Shown here: positions 53,560-64,000 of the stretch, one piece after another | Numbering within the stretch: the stretch's first letter is position 1 | How the letters are laid out: every line of letters begins with the position of its first letter | Assembly: GCA_951406725.2 (NCBI GenBank) | Contig: OX597826.1 | Span: forward strand, 13,206,001 to 13,270,000 | DNA from: Octopus vulgaris | Taxonomy: Eukaryota | DNA length: 64,000 nt | Reading direction: 5' to 3' | Program-made: the position numbers and the translations under genes | The notes under the pieces: generated by a model | Database searches by the model: none | The model's input: the letters and a program-made list of their open reading frames with translations, nothing else | Told to the model about the DNA's origin: nothing

Positions 53560-54030
53560 ATGATGATGATGATGTTAATGATGATGATGGTGATGATGAT
53601 GACGACGATGATGATGACGACGACGATGATGATGATGATGATGATGCTGATGATAATGATGATGATGATGGTGGTGATGATGTTAATGATGATGATGATG
53701 ATGATGACGATGATGATGATGATGATGATGATGATGACGATGATGACGACGATGATGATGATGATGATGGTGGTGGTGATGATGAGTATGATGATGATGA
53801 TGATGATGATAGTGATGATGATGAGGATGATGATGATGACGATGATGATGATGATGATGATGATGATGACGAATGATGATGATGTCGAATGATAATGATG
53901 AGGAGGAGGAGGATGTTGATGATGATGATGTTAATGATGATGATGAGGTAGATGTTAATGATGATGATGAGGTAGATGTTAATGATGATGATGATGTTGA
54001 TGATTATAATGATGATGATGATGATGATGA
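53560..54030. repeat. Long compound (GAT)n microsatellite, representative of dozens of (TA)n, (CA)n, (GA)n, (TAA)n, (TAC)n, (TTC)n, (TAGA)n and (TACA)n tracts in the window
   Basis: Directly visible; other large tracts at 660-765, 6945-7200, 18495-18712, 33652-33815, 54968-55225 and 61145-61475. Confidence 0.97.
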
Positions 54031-54189
54031 TTGGCAACACCAGCCCTTTGAAGACAAAACAAAGACGAAGAAATATGCAAGTACACAACAACAGGGTACA
54101 CATGCAGTAAAAGAGAAGCATTTATGTAACATTTGATCAATAAATTATACGCGTGGAAATCTGTTCATATTTGCAGGAAAAGTCTGAAG

Positions 54190-54895
54190 GCACATTTTTG
54201 TTTTCTGATCTGTTGACAAGGGCAAAGGTGTGAGTGTATTTTTATGATCTGGAAACAAAAGTTCATTCCCTGAAGGTTAAAGAAGGTTCACTCTAAGAAG
54301 TTCAAGATGTTCCCTGAGCTAGTGATCAGCCCAGAAAGTCATCATGACGGTTTCTGAGATAACAAAGGTGTCATTCTCCTTGGACATCTGGAGCAAGTCT
54401 GTCTCAAACAACGATTAGTACATTGAGATACTTACAAAGCTTAGGGAAGCTATTAGGAAGAAGAGGTCAAGTAAAAATCTGAAAACGATCAGTGTTCATC
54501 ATGACAGTGTGTGACCACTCAAACGTTTGGTATGAAATCAGGCAATCGGCAGATTGGGATGGTCAGTGTTTCCCTGTAAACCAACGATACAGTCGAATCT
54601 GGAGCCCCTACGACTTCTACCTCTTCGGTTCAATGACGAACTGGCTTCGGGTTCAATGATCTAACGATAAAGACGAGGCTGTGAAGAATGGGTACAACAG
54701 TGCACATCTGAGTTCTTTCAAAGACGATTCGAGAGGCGAGTTCGATGGTAACACAAATGTATTGCTTGTGATGGAGACTATGTTGAATAGAATCTTTGCG
54801 AAGAGGGAGAATTTCTCTATTAACAACTGTAATTTGAACGAGCAATTAACAAAAATGCTATGTCCATCGTTCCATTACTTCCGGTAGAACGTTCG
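54190..54895 (+). pseudogene. Decayed mariner transposase (catalytic domain), irritans-like
   Basis: Broken frames give VYFYDLETK, KKFK, SPESHHDG/KVIMTV, DNKGVILLGHLE, YIEILTKLREAIRKKR, ISVHHDS and PYDFYLFGSM, the decayed WVYFYDPETK, HHDNA and PSDFYLFG motifs; many stops and frameshifts. Confidence 0.8.
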
Positions 54896-55195
54896 GAGTT
54901 ATAGGTATTGATAACGTTCATTCTCCCTTTTCTCATTTAGGAAGAGCGTGACTCAGTCTATTACCTGTATACATACATACATACATACATACATACATAC
55001 ATACATACATACATACATACATACATACATACATACATACATACATACATACATACTTACATACATACATACATACATACATACGTACACACACATACAT
55101 ACGTACGTACATACATACATACATACATACACACACACACACGCACACACATACATACATACATACATACATACATACATACATACATACATACA

Positions 55196-55231
<36 letters not shown>

Positions 55232-55626
55232 TACATATATATAAGTATAGGTATAGATAATTCCCGCGAGGGAACGATGCACGAGGGATCTAAACGATTG
55301 TAATGATTAACAAAAATCTCGCGAATTCCATTTTCTCTCTCTTAAATATGTTTTATATATATATATCGTAAATGTAAGGGTAATAAATTAAAATAATTTA
55401 TTACCAGCATGCATAAATAAAAGTCATAAAGCATATGGTATTTGGCAATTAATAGAGAAACTCGAGTTCGGGATTAACTAATTCATTTTTGTTCGTTCTG
55501 GTGTTATAATAGTATGCCTCATAAATTCTTCTTTTCGTGGTTTGGGTTTTAACTGCCCTTGCTAGCATGTCAGGAGTCTTGTCAAAAATCTTCTTTCTGT
55601 GTATAAAAATATTTTATCCACTTTAC

Positions 55627-55659
<33 letters not shown>

Positions 55660-56141
55660 TGTATGTATGTGCATGTATATGGGGGATGTAGGGGGTGAGT
55701 GGCTGCAAATTAAAGACATTTATTCGGAACTAGCGAATTTTAATATACATAATTTGCTATGAACTAAAGAAGTAAGTCTTTGAAGATCAACAAACATAAC
55801 ACAATTTGTTAGAATTCTATAATCTTAATATCAGAAATTATGAGATATCAGCTTTAGAAAAAAATTGCCTTTTTGTGTTTGAAAAGAAATGAATATTTAA
55901 AAAAGAAATTTAATTTAAGAGATAAAACGTATTAAATCTTTCATCTTCACAAGTAGAGATATATTGATATTTATATAATTAATCATTATCGTTTTCCTTG
56001 TTGCTATTGATATTGTTAACGTGGTTAGTGTCTGTTTTCTAGTGCCAGCTTTGTCATTTCGTTTTCTTTTTTAGAAATTATACGATATACCATAATTTTA
56101 TAGTGGTGAGAAATAGCACCATTCACATCATTAGATTATTA

Positions 56142-56202
<61 letters not shown>

Positions 56203-56203
<1 letters not shown>

Positions 56204-56754
56204 GAGTGAGAGAGCAGTGCATGCCATCAAAGTGACACTGGGGTACAAATATACGAAGCCTAGTATACCCATCATGACTACCCGTCTGATAAGGGTACAC
56301 CAGGCACATGCATCACAACCATATGTGCGCGACATGGTGATCTCATATCAAGATAAACAGACCTTGCAGGTGGGACCAAGTTAGAATTTTATTCTGGTCG
56401 AGTAACTCATCCTGCTCAAAAGGTCCCTGAATAAGGGTTGTTTAAGGATGTTGTACGAAACACACATGTTCCCAGAGGTGAATTATCTAACCCCAAAGAA
56501 TCCCTCTCAACACATGGCTATGATGCTCCCCCACTACTTCTGCTCGTGATCAGAGATGCACATATCGTCAGCCACTAAGGGACATGGTCAACTGGTTATG
56601 GTCAAACAACTGACAAGCAAATCTGTAGTATTGAGCAGAATATTTGCTGTAGCCCATCTTTTATACCAAGACAAATCAATGTACATGATAACACATCCAA
56701 TCAGTTAAGATCAGAAGCCATGAGAACCACTGCCTGGTACTGCATCAGGGCATT
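56203..56754 (-). mobile_element. ~550-bp non-coding element inserted in a (TTA)n/(TAA)n microsatellite (copy 1)
   Basis: Highly similar reverse complement of 63004-63560 over its whole length, with the same ends and trinucleotide tracts on both sides. Strand is set arbitrarily to the (TAA)n-reading orientation. Confidence 0.85.
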
Positions 56755-56825
56755 TATTGTTGTTGTTGTTGTTGTTGTTATTATTATTATTATTATTACT
56801 ATTATTATTATTATTATTATTACTT

Positions 56826-57042
56826 AAGGCAACAAACTGACAGAATCGCTAGTACGTTAGGCAAAATACTTAGCAGCATTTGCGGCCGTCTTTACGTTCT
56901 GAATTCAAATACCACCCAGATCGACTTTGCCTTTCATCCTTTCAGAGTCGATGAAATAATTACCAACTGACAACTGGGGTTGATGTAAACGATTTATCTC
57001 TCCTCCAAAATTTAAGGTCTTGTACCCATAATAGAAAGAATT
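56826..57042 (+). mobile_element. Degenerate SINE B variant
   Basis: TTTACGTTCTGAATTCAAAT...TCGACTTTGCCTTTCATCCTTTCAGAGTCGAT. Confidence 0.75.
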
Positions 57043-57089
57043 ATTATAATTATTATTAATAGCAGCAGTAGTAGGAGTTGTAGCAGCAG

Positions 57090-57735
57090 CAGCAGCAACA
57101 TCGATTTGTCAAGGATGGTTCTCATTTTGGCTGTTCTTTGAGCTAATATAAAAGCTGGAAGTTTTAAAGGCATTCCCGCTCGAAATGGGCCACCAGGGAG
57201 ATTGTATCAGTATACGTGGGCGACGTCTCCTTGATTGCGTCAGAAGTAATAGAAATCAAATATTTGCGACAGCTAGTTATTGTGCTTGTAACTCAACACC
57301 TAGAGAAATAAGCCCACACTTGATAGTGATGTAGGCCGCTGGACCGCTGATTCTGTTCAAATGCTCGGGGTTTTCTTTGCATCAGTCAAATCTCCAAGTG
57401 GTTCAGAAGTGGTATGTGATTACCAGCGTATTAGCTAGTCTCACCCAAATATGGACAGAGAAGAAACCGTCCTCGAACAGCTGGGAAGAGTACTAGCCAA
57501 ACGCATACATAGTCATTAGCCCTTATTATGTGTTCTCAACTGACCTTATTGGCTTGTCCCAACTTTTACCAGACGTGATTGGAATGTCTGCTCTTTTACT
57601 TCTTGTGGGAAAGATTCGACTGTTTAGGACGCACATCTATTTCCACAATCTGTTCACAGGGCTTGCAATGTTATTGTTGCTAATATGCAAGTATGTGCTG
57701 AGATTGCGGCTCGTGCAAAGAATCTTGGTTTAAGA
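57090..57735 (+). pseudogene. Decayed L1/Tx1-clade LINE reverse-transcriptase fragment
   Basis: Broken frames give IVSVYVGDVSLI (YADDV-like), MLGVF, IWTEKKPS...GRVLAK (W..R.LS..GR) and LFYFLW...GLAM (F.FLW...GGLG). Confidence 0.55.
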
Positions 57736-58089
57736 AAAGGGTTTTTTATGGAAGTCCAGTAATTTCTTAAGTAACAATGAGCCTCCAATGTTGTTCAATG
57801 CAATAGCGTGGCATCTGTTTCATTCAAGGTGAGGTCAGAATGTAACAAAAAAAAAAAAAAACCAGGAAAAAAATAACCCGCCAGAAATATTTACCAATGT
57901 TCTAACCATTTCACCAAGCTATCGTCCTCAACTGTTACTTTATTTTATCAACCCCAGAAGAATGAACTGCAAAACTGACCTCGACGTGATGTGAACTCAG
58001 AATGTTAAGAGCCAGAATAAATTGATCCTCTACTATTTCGCTAATCCACCACTTTATGTTGTTGCCCATAGCAAAGTATCTGTATTATA

Positions 58090-58398
58090 AAACGTCGCGC
58101 TTTTCAAGCCTAGCCAGGCTCATGGGCCCGGTTTCCCGGTTTGTGTGGCGTATGTATTCCCCCCAGCTGGACGGGACGCCAATCCATCGCAGCGTTACTC
58201 AAGAAACAGGAAGAGAGAGTGAGAGAAATTTGTGTCTAAAGAGTACAACAGGGGTCACCATCTCTCCCTGCCGGAGCCTCGTGGAGCTTTTAGGTGTTTT
58301 CGTTCAATAAATACACACAACGCCCGGTCTGGGAATCAAAACCGCGATCCTCCGACCACCAGTCCGCTGCCCTAACCACTGGGCCATTGAACCTCCAC
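58090..58398 (-). mobile_element. tRNA-derived SINE: D head with E-type tail, 12-bp TSD
   Basis: Head and body match 23105-23401; the 3' part matches 27420-27515; TSD ATCTGTATTATA at 58078-58089 and 58399-58410. Confidence 0.85.
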
Positions 58399-58902
58399 AT
58401 CTGTATTATACACGCTGCATAATTTTGACTCACACATTCAGATTTTCGTTTGCTGATCAAAAAATTCAAATGGTAGAAAAACATCAACCATCGATTTCTT
58501 TTTTCAATATATTATTAATTTTATCTTAAGATCTCTCAGTCTCTCAGGGAAACACATATGAAGCTAGCGAGAATATGAACGTCAGTACAGAGTGAAGGAA
58601 ATAGAAGAATGCATAAACAACACAGACAAGAAAAATCCAGGGAACTCTGAAAGAGGATACCACCAGGTATCACAAGAAAAGAGCGATAACAGACTAACGC
58701 TTTCCAGGATTAAGAGTTTAGCAGCTTTGATTTATAAGTCTATTGCTACCATAGACGTAGTAAGGGCTTACGTAAGGAAAGCCTGCTTCCAACAGTGAAG
58801 CGATGCTGAGAAGAAATATACGCGTACCCAACGAAATTGTCCAAACAAACTAGAATTCTTTGTTTTAAAGAGCCAGCAAATTCTCGATATCTCTTGACCT
58901 AC

Positions 58903-58936
<34 letters not shown>

Positions 58937-59423
58937 GGTGGTGGTGGTGGTGGTGTATGTTGTTATTGTTGCTGCTAATGATAATGAGGAGGAGGAGGAA
59001 GATGAGGGTGATGACGGCTGTGATGACGACGATGATGCAACATACAGTTTAAATATTTATGTCGCTCTCGAAATTTAAGATAACATCCTATGATAACAAG
59101 GCAGGAGAGCTGACGAGGAGAAGCAAGGGAAAGGAGGGGGAGGAGGAGGAGGAGGGGGAGGAGGAGGGGAGGAGGAGAAGGAGGAGGAGGAAGAGGAGGA
59201 GGAGGAGGAAGTTCAGTAAAGAAAACGTAGTGTGTGTTTTGAGGAGGGGAGGAAGGTCTCTTTTTTTTACCTCTCTCTTTCCTCTCTCTCTCTCTCTCTC
59301 TCTCCTTCCATCTCAAAATCATGCAATAACTTTATCCTAATCTGAGGGAAAAAAACCGGCCCAGGGTTGTATTTCAGTGAAAGAACGAATTACACAGTCA
59401 CTGTTGATACTGCTGTTCATATT

Positions 59424-59458
<35 letters not shown>

Positions 59459-59522
59459 CTATGGAGATGATGATGATGATGACGATGATGATGATGATAA
59501 ATGATGATGATGATGGTGATGG

Positions 59523-59553
<31 letters not shown>

Positions 59554-59920
59554 GATGATGATGATGGTGATGATGGTGGTGGTGGTGGGTGGTGGTGGTG
59601 GTGGTGGTGATGATGATGACAGTGAGAAGATAAAGAAGTTGATACATATCTTTGTAAAACTTGCTTTTGTTATTGTTATGGCGGTTGGTGGTGCTGGTCG
59701 TGGCGGTGGTTATTGAAAGATGTTATTTTTCTAGTATTTATTACAGATAAACAGTTAGTTATAGAAGTATATTAGCAGAATCGGTAGTGGGTCCTACAAA
59801 ATGCCATGTGTTGCTTAGAATACCCCCCCCCCATTTTACACTGAGAGTTCAAATCCAGTCGAAGCAATGTTTGCATTTCAGAAGTGAGGGTCGATAAAAT
59901 AAAGTATCATCTACATCCAG

Positions 59921-60335
59921 GAAGACGAAATACCTATTTCTTTATTACCCACAAGGTGCTAAACACAGAGAGGACAAACAAGGACAGACAAACGGATTAA
60001 GTCAATTACATCGACCCCTGTGCGTAACTGGTACTTATTTAATCGATTCCGAAAGGATGTAAGGCAAAGTCGACCTCGGCGGAATTTGAACTCAGAACGT
60101 AAAGACAGACAAAATACCACTAAGTATTTCGCCCGGCGTGCTAACCTTATTTCTTTATTGCCCACAAGGGGCTAAACAGAGGGGACAAACAAGAACAGAC
60201 AAAGGGATTAATTCGATTATATCGACCCAGTGCGTAACTGGAACTTAATTTATCGATCCCGAAAGGATGAAAGGCAAAGTCGAACTCAGAACGTTTTGCC
60301 CGGTGTGCTAACGTTTCTGCCAGCTCGACTCCTTC
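59921..60335 (-). mobile_element. SINE family B tandem dimer plus a short restart
   Basis: Units 60148-60335 and 59935-60145; after the last tail the minus strand reads GGTATTTCGTCT. Confidence 0.85.
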
Positions 60336-61967
60336 TGGACAAAATCATTTAACGTAAGACAAAATATCGTATGATATTTGCTCCGGCACTCTGCATACTT
60401 TGATTTCTAGATAGAGGCAAATAGGAAAATGACACTTACTGACCAAAGACAAAAAATTGAAATAAATATTTTGCTACACTGCGTAATTATTATAGTGCAT
60501 AGTATTTTCTCTGCTAACTATACTCACGTCGCATAATAAGCAGTTAATCATTGACGAAGCTCTCCGTGTCCAAATGGAAATCAAAGCCGTACTGCTGAGT
60601 TTACTAAGAACACACTGGTTGTTGTACTAAACGATGTTTCTACTGTTCTTGATGATGATGATGATGCTGTTTGATGGTACATGTTCTTACCGCTACGCAG
60701 CTTGTTATCACCTTTTTGTTGTTGCTGCTGTGGATTTATCTTAGATAAATACTCATAAAATCGGAGTACCAAGGGAATCATAAACTTACTCTAGTCACAA
60801 ACGTTGCTGTTGTTATTGTTATTGTAAGCGTTTGTTATAATATTGCTTTCATTCTTTCATTCTGTTACACCATTTTGTTTTAAAAGATCTATCGAAGATA
60901 CACACAGAGTAGATATCAGCAGGATATCCCACAGAGATATCAAGCAAGATATTCTACAGAGACAAACAGTTGAATACGTCACCGACAGCTGGTGGTTTTT
61001 AGATCTTGCATGGAACTGTCGTAACAGCAGAGCAGAGACTTTAAGAGACAGCAGATAGGTTCACTGGTGTCAGCAATGTTTTGTAATTTCGTCACCTCTA
61101 AATCCGACCCAACCCCTTGTAGTCGTTGTTGTTGTTATTGTTATTGTTCTTCTTGCTCTTGTTCTTCTTCTTTTTTTCTTCTTCGTTTTCTTCTTCTTCT
61201 TCTTCTTGTTTTTCTTCTTCTTCTCCTTCTACTATTTCTTCGTTTTCTTCTTCTTCTTCTTCTCCTACTATTTCTTCGTTTTCTTCTTCTTCTCCTTCTA
61301 CTATTTCTTCGTTTTCTTCTTCTTCTTCTTCTTCTTCTTCTTCTTCTTCTTCTTCTTTTCTTCTTCTTCTTCTTCTTCGTTTTTTCTCGTCTTCTTCTTC
61401 TTCTTCTTCTTCTTCTCCTTCTCCTTCTTCTTCTTCTTCTTCTTCTTCTTCTCCTCCTCCCCCTCCTCCTCCTCCTGTTCCCAACGTAGATATGGCTGAA
61501 TGCCGTCGGTTGTGATTCTGCACGGTTGCTATTCATCCCGCCGTTCACTCCAGCTATGACAATCCAGTTAATTTCAAAGATAAGTAACACAACATTTTTT
61601 AATGCGTTCTTTTCGTATTTAAGTCGAACAAAACCCAAAAAAAACTGAATTTTGAGGAAGATTTGGGCGCCATTACTACCAGATGGCGGTGGTGAATGAT
61701 GATGATGATGATGATCATCATCATCATCATCATAATCATGATGATGAAGATGAAGATGATGATCACGACCATGATCATGATAAGGAAAGGAGTGGTGATG
61801 GTGGCGTTGGTAGAAGTATTGGTGTTGGCGTGGCGGAGCGCTGGGAATATTGCTTCAGTTATTCAGGGGTTTGTGGTAGTGGCTGACAAAGGAGAGGGAC
61901 ACACATAAGGTGCGGCGGCGGCGGAGGCGGCGGCGCTGATATGGCGGTGACGGTGGAACGACAGTCT

Positions 61968-62015
<48 letters not shown>

Positions 62016-62110
62016 GACATATACATGTATACACACACACGCGCATATACATATCATACATGCATATATATATACATATGTATATACACATATATAAACA
62101 TATAATGTAC

Positions 62111-62143
<33 letters not shown>

Positions 62144-62681
62144 CGCGTGTATTATAATCAGGGATATATATATGCATGTGTGTGTGTTTATATATATGTG
62201 TGTGTGTGTGTGTGCGTGTATATATATATGTGTGTGTATATATATATATATATATATTACGAGAGAGAGAGTGGGAGAGTGAGAGAGAAAGAGAAAGAAC
62301 AGGACAGTATGGCTGCTGCTACTGCTGCTGCTGCTACTGCTGCTGCTGCTACTGCTGCTGCTGCTGCTGCCACTTGGCAACAGTGGACGAGGGGGTAAAG
62401 AAAGTGATGAGGTGACTGTAGTATTAGACGGGGGGTTAGGAAACGGTGGGGGTGAGCGATCGCAGTAGTTGCCCCCAGTCGAAATATTATCTAACAACAG
62501 ACATAAAAGACTGCTTATGTCCCACATCTATAACCTACCCAATGTACGTACGCAGGCCAACGAGGGATCCTCTCTGTTTTCGCCCTGGTCTGCTAGAAGC
62601 AGCAGCCAAATTACTATAACCCCAAATCGTATCACCATTTACTGTCTTAGGTAATAAAAAAAAAAAAAAAAAAAAGATAAT

Positions 62682-62724
62682 CCTCGTGAGTGGATTTGGT
62701 AGACAGAAACTGAAAGAAGTCCGT

Positions 62725-62767
<43 letters not shown>

Positions 62768-62978
62768 GTGTCATTCTGTCTGTGTCTTTCCCGCCCCCAC
62801 CACCGTTCGAAATCGGTGTTGGTGTGTTTGCATCCCCGTAACTTAGCGGTTCGGCAAACGAGCCTGATAGAATAAGTACCAGGCTTAATAAATAAGTACT
62901 GGAGGTCGATTCATTCGACTAAAGATTCAAGGCGATGCCCCAGCATGGCTGCAGTCTAATGACTGAAACAAGTAAAGA
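62682..62978 (+). mobile_element. SINE family A, 5'-truncated
   Basis: GTGAGTGGATTTGGTAGACAGAAACTGAAAGAAG...(TG)n...CCAGCATGGCTGCAGTC..ATGACTGAAACAAGTAAAG. Confidence 0.82.
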
Positions 62979-63003
62979 ATTAAAATAATAATAATAATAA
63001 TAA

Positions 63004-63560
63004 ATGCCCTGATGCAGTACCAGGCAGTGGCTCTCATGGCTTCTTAACTTACCTGATTGGAAGTATTTTTATGTACATTGTTTTGTCTTGGTATAAAAGA
63101 TGGGCTACAGCAAATATGCTGCTCAATACCACATATTTGCTTGTCAGTTGTTTGACCTTAACAAGTTGAGCATGTCCCTTAGTGGCTGACGATATGTGCA
63201 TCTCTGATCACGAGCAGAAGTAGTGGGGGAGCATCATAGCCATGTGTTGAGAGGGATTCTTTGGGGTTTGAATAATTCACCTCTGGAAACATGGGTGTTT
63301 CGTTCAACATCCCTAAACAACCCTTATTCAGGGACCGTTTGAGCGGGATGGGCTACTCAACCTGAAGAAAATTCTAACTGGGCCCCGCCTGCAAGGTCAT
63401 GTGCTGTTTATCTTGATATGAAATCACCATGTCGTGCACATATGGTTGTGATGCATGTGCCTGGTGTACCCTTATCAGACGGGTAGTCATGATGGGTATA
63501 TTGGGCTTCGTATATTTTACCCCAGTGTCACTTTGATGGCATGAACTGCTCTCTCACTCA
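63004..63560 (+). mobile_element. ~550-bp non-coding element inserted in (TAA)n (copy 2)
   Basis: (TAA)n-ATGCCCTGATGCAGTACC...CTGCTCTCTCACTCA-(ATA)n; inverted relative to 56203-56754. Confidence 0.85.
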
Positions 63561-63734
63561 ATAATAATAATAATAATAAAACTAAGGAATGACAGTGGGA
63601 AATATAGATCTAAATACGAGTGGTTTCCATTACTTATATGCCACTGGGACAGTTGAATGGGTTTTTTTTCCAATGCTCCCCCTCCCCTACCGTCTAGGGC
63701 CCCCGGAGTCCCGATGGCTCCCGAATAGAATTAA

Positions 63735-63850
63735 ATTGTGGTGTAACTCCCATTCCACTGCCTCTCAAGCTTCTTTGATAACGTCCAGGTTTCTGAGCCA
63801 TTATAGTAGAATTGGTTCGACTGTGGCTTTGAAGATTTTAAGCGCCATCC
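63735..63850 (-). pseudogene. RTE-clade LINE fragment
   Basis: With one frameshift the minus strand gives LKIFKATVEPILL/YNGSETWTLSKKLERQWNGSYT, the RTE LLYGSETWTL motif. Confidence 0.7.
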
Positions 63851-64000
63851 AACCAAAATGCAAATAAATGGGAAATTACCACCTGTGTCATCTCTTGTGA
63901 AAGGTAGAAGAGTCCAGTTTGCTGGACATTGTTGTAGAGCTGAAAACGAGGTAATTTCTACTCTTCTCCTCTGGAAGCCATCTACTCGCGATACCAGATG

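Noticed and set aside
54030-54121. Hydrophobic ORF start MLLFYCMCTLLLCTCIFLRLCFVFK as Delta exon 1
   Set aside because: No convincing phase-0 GT donor; it runs into a microsatellite and abuts a mariner relic.
60440-60517. Candidate Delta signal-peptide exon (minus strand ...SKIFISIFCLWS|GTAAGT), which would join well to VSGIGVFE
   Set aside because: No in-frame ATG before an upstream TAG; it would need another exon or a sequence error. Unresolved without RNA data.

Overview
AT-rich, microsatellite-saturated animal genomic DNA. The SINE families and simple-repeat load point to an octopus (coleoid cephalopod) genome; this is an inference, not a database match. The only host coding sequence I can support is one 291-nt minus-strand exon (41014-41304) encoding the N-terminal MNNL/C2 domain of a Delta-type Notch ligand, so most of the window is probably Delta intron or upstream sequence. 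Nearly all ORFs in the supplied track are microsatellite or SINE artefacts. The rest is a dense mix of mobile elements: several tRNA-derived SINE families (many with clean target-site duplications, TSDs), mariner remnants and MITEs, hAT-like MITEs, Helitron/Helentron-type non-autonomous elements, and CR1, RTE and L1/Tx1 LINE fragments. The most interesting signal is a set of non-coding elements carrying minimal Penelope-type hammerhead-ribozyme motifs. The best case is a ~600-bp head-to-head palindrome (43001-43596) with a 12-bp TSD, each arm built as tRNA-like Pol III head + (AAT)n spacer + hammerhead. Repeat boundaries were read by eye and may be off by a few to tens of bases; family labels A, B, D and E are my own.
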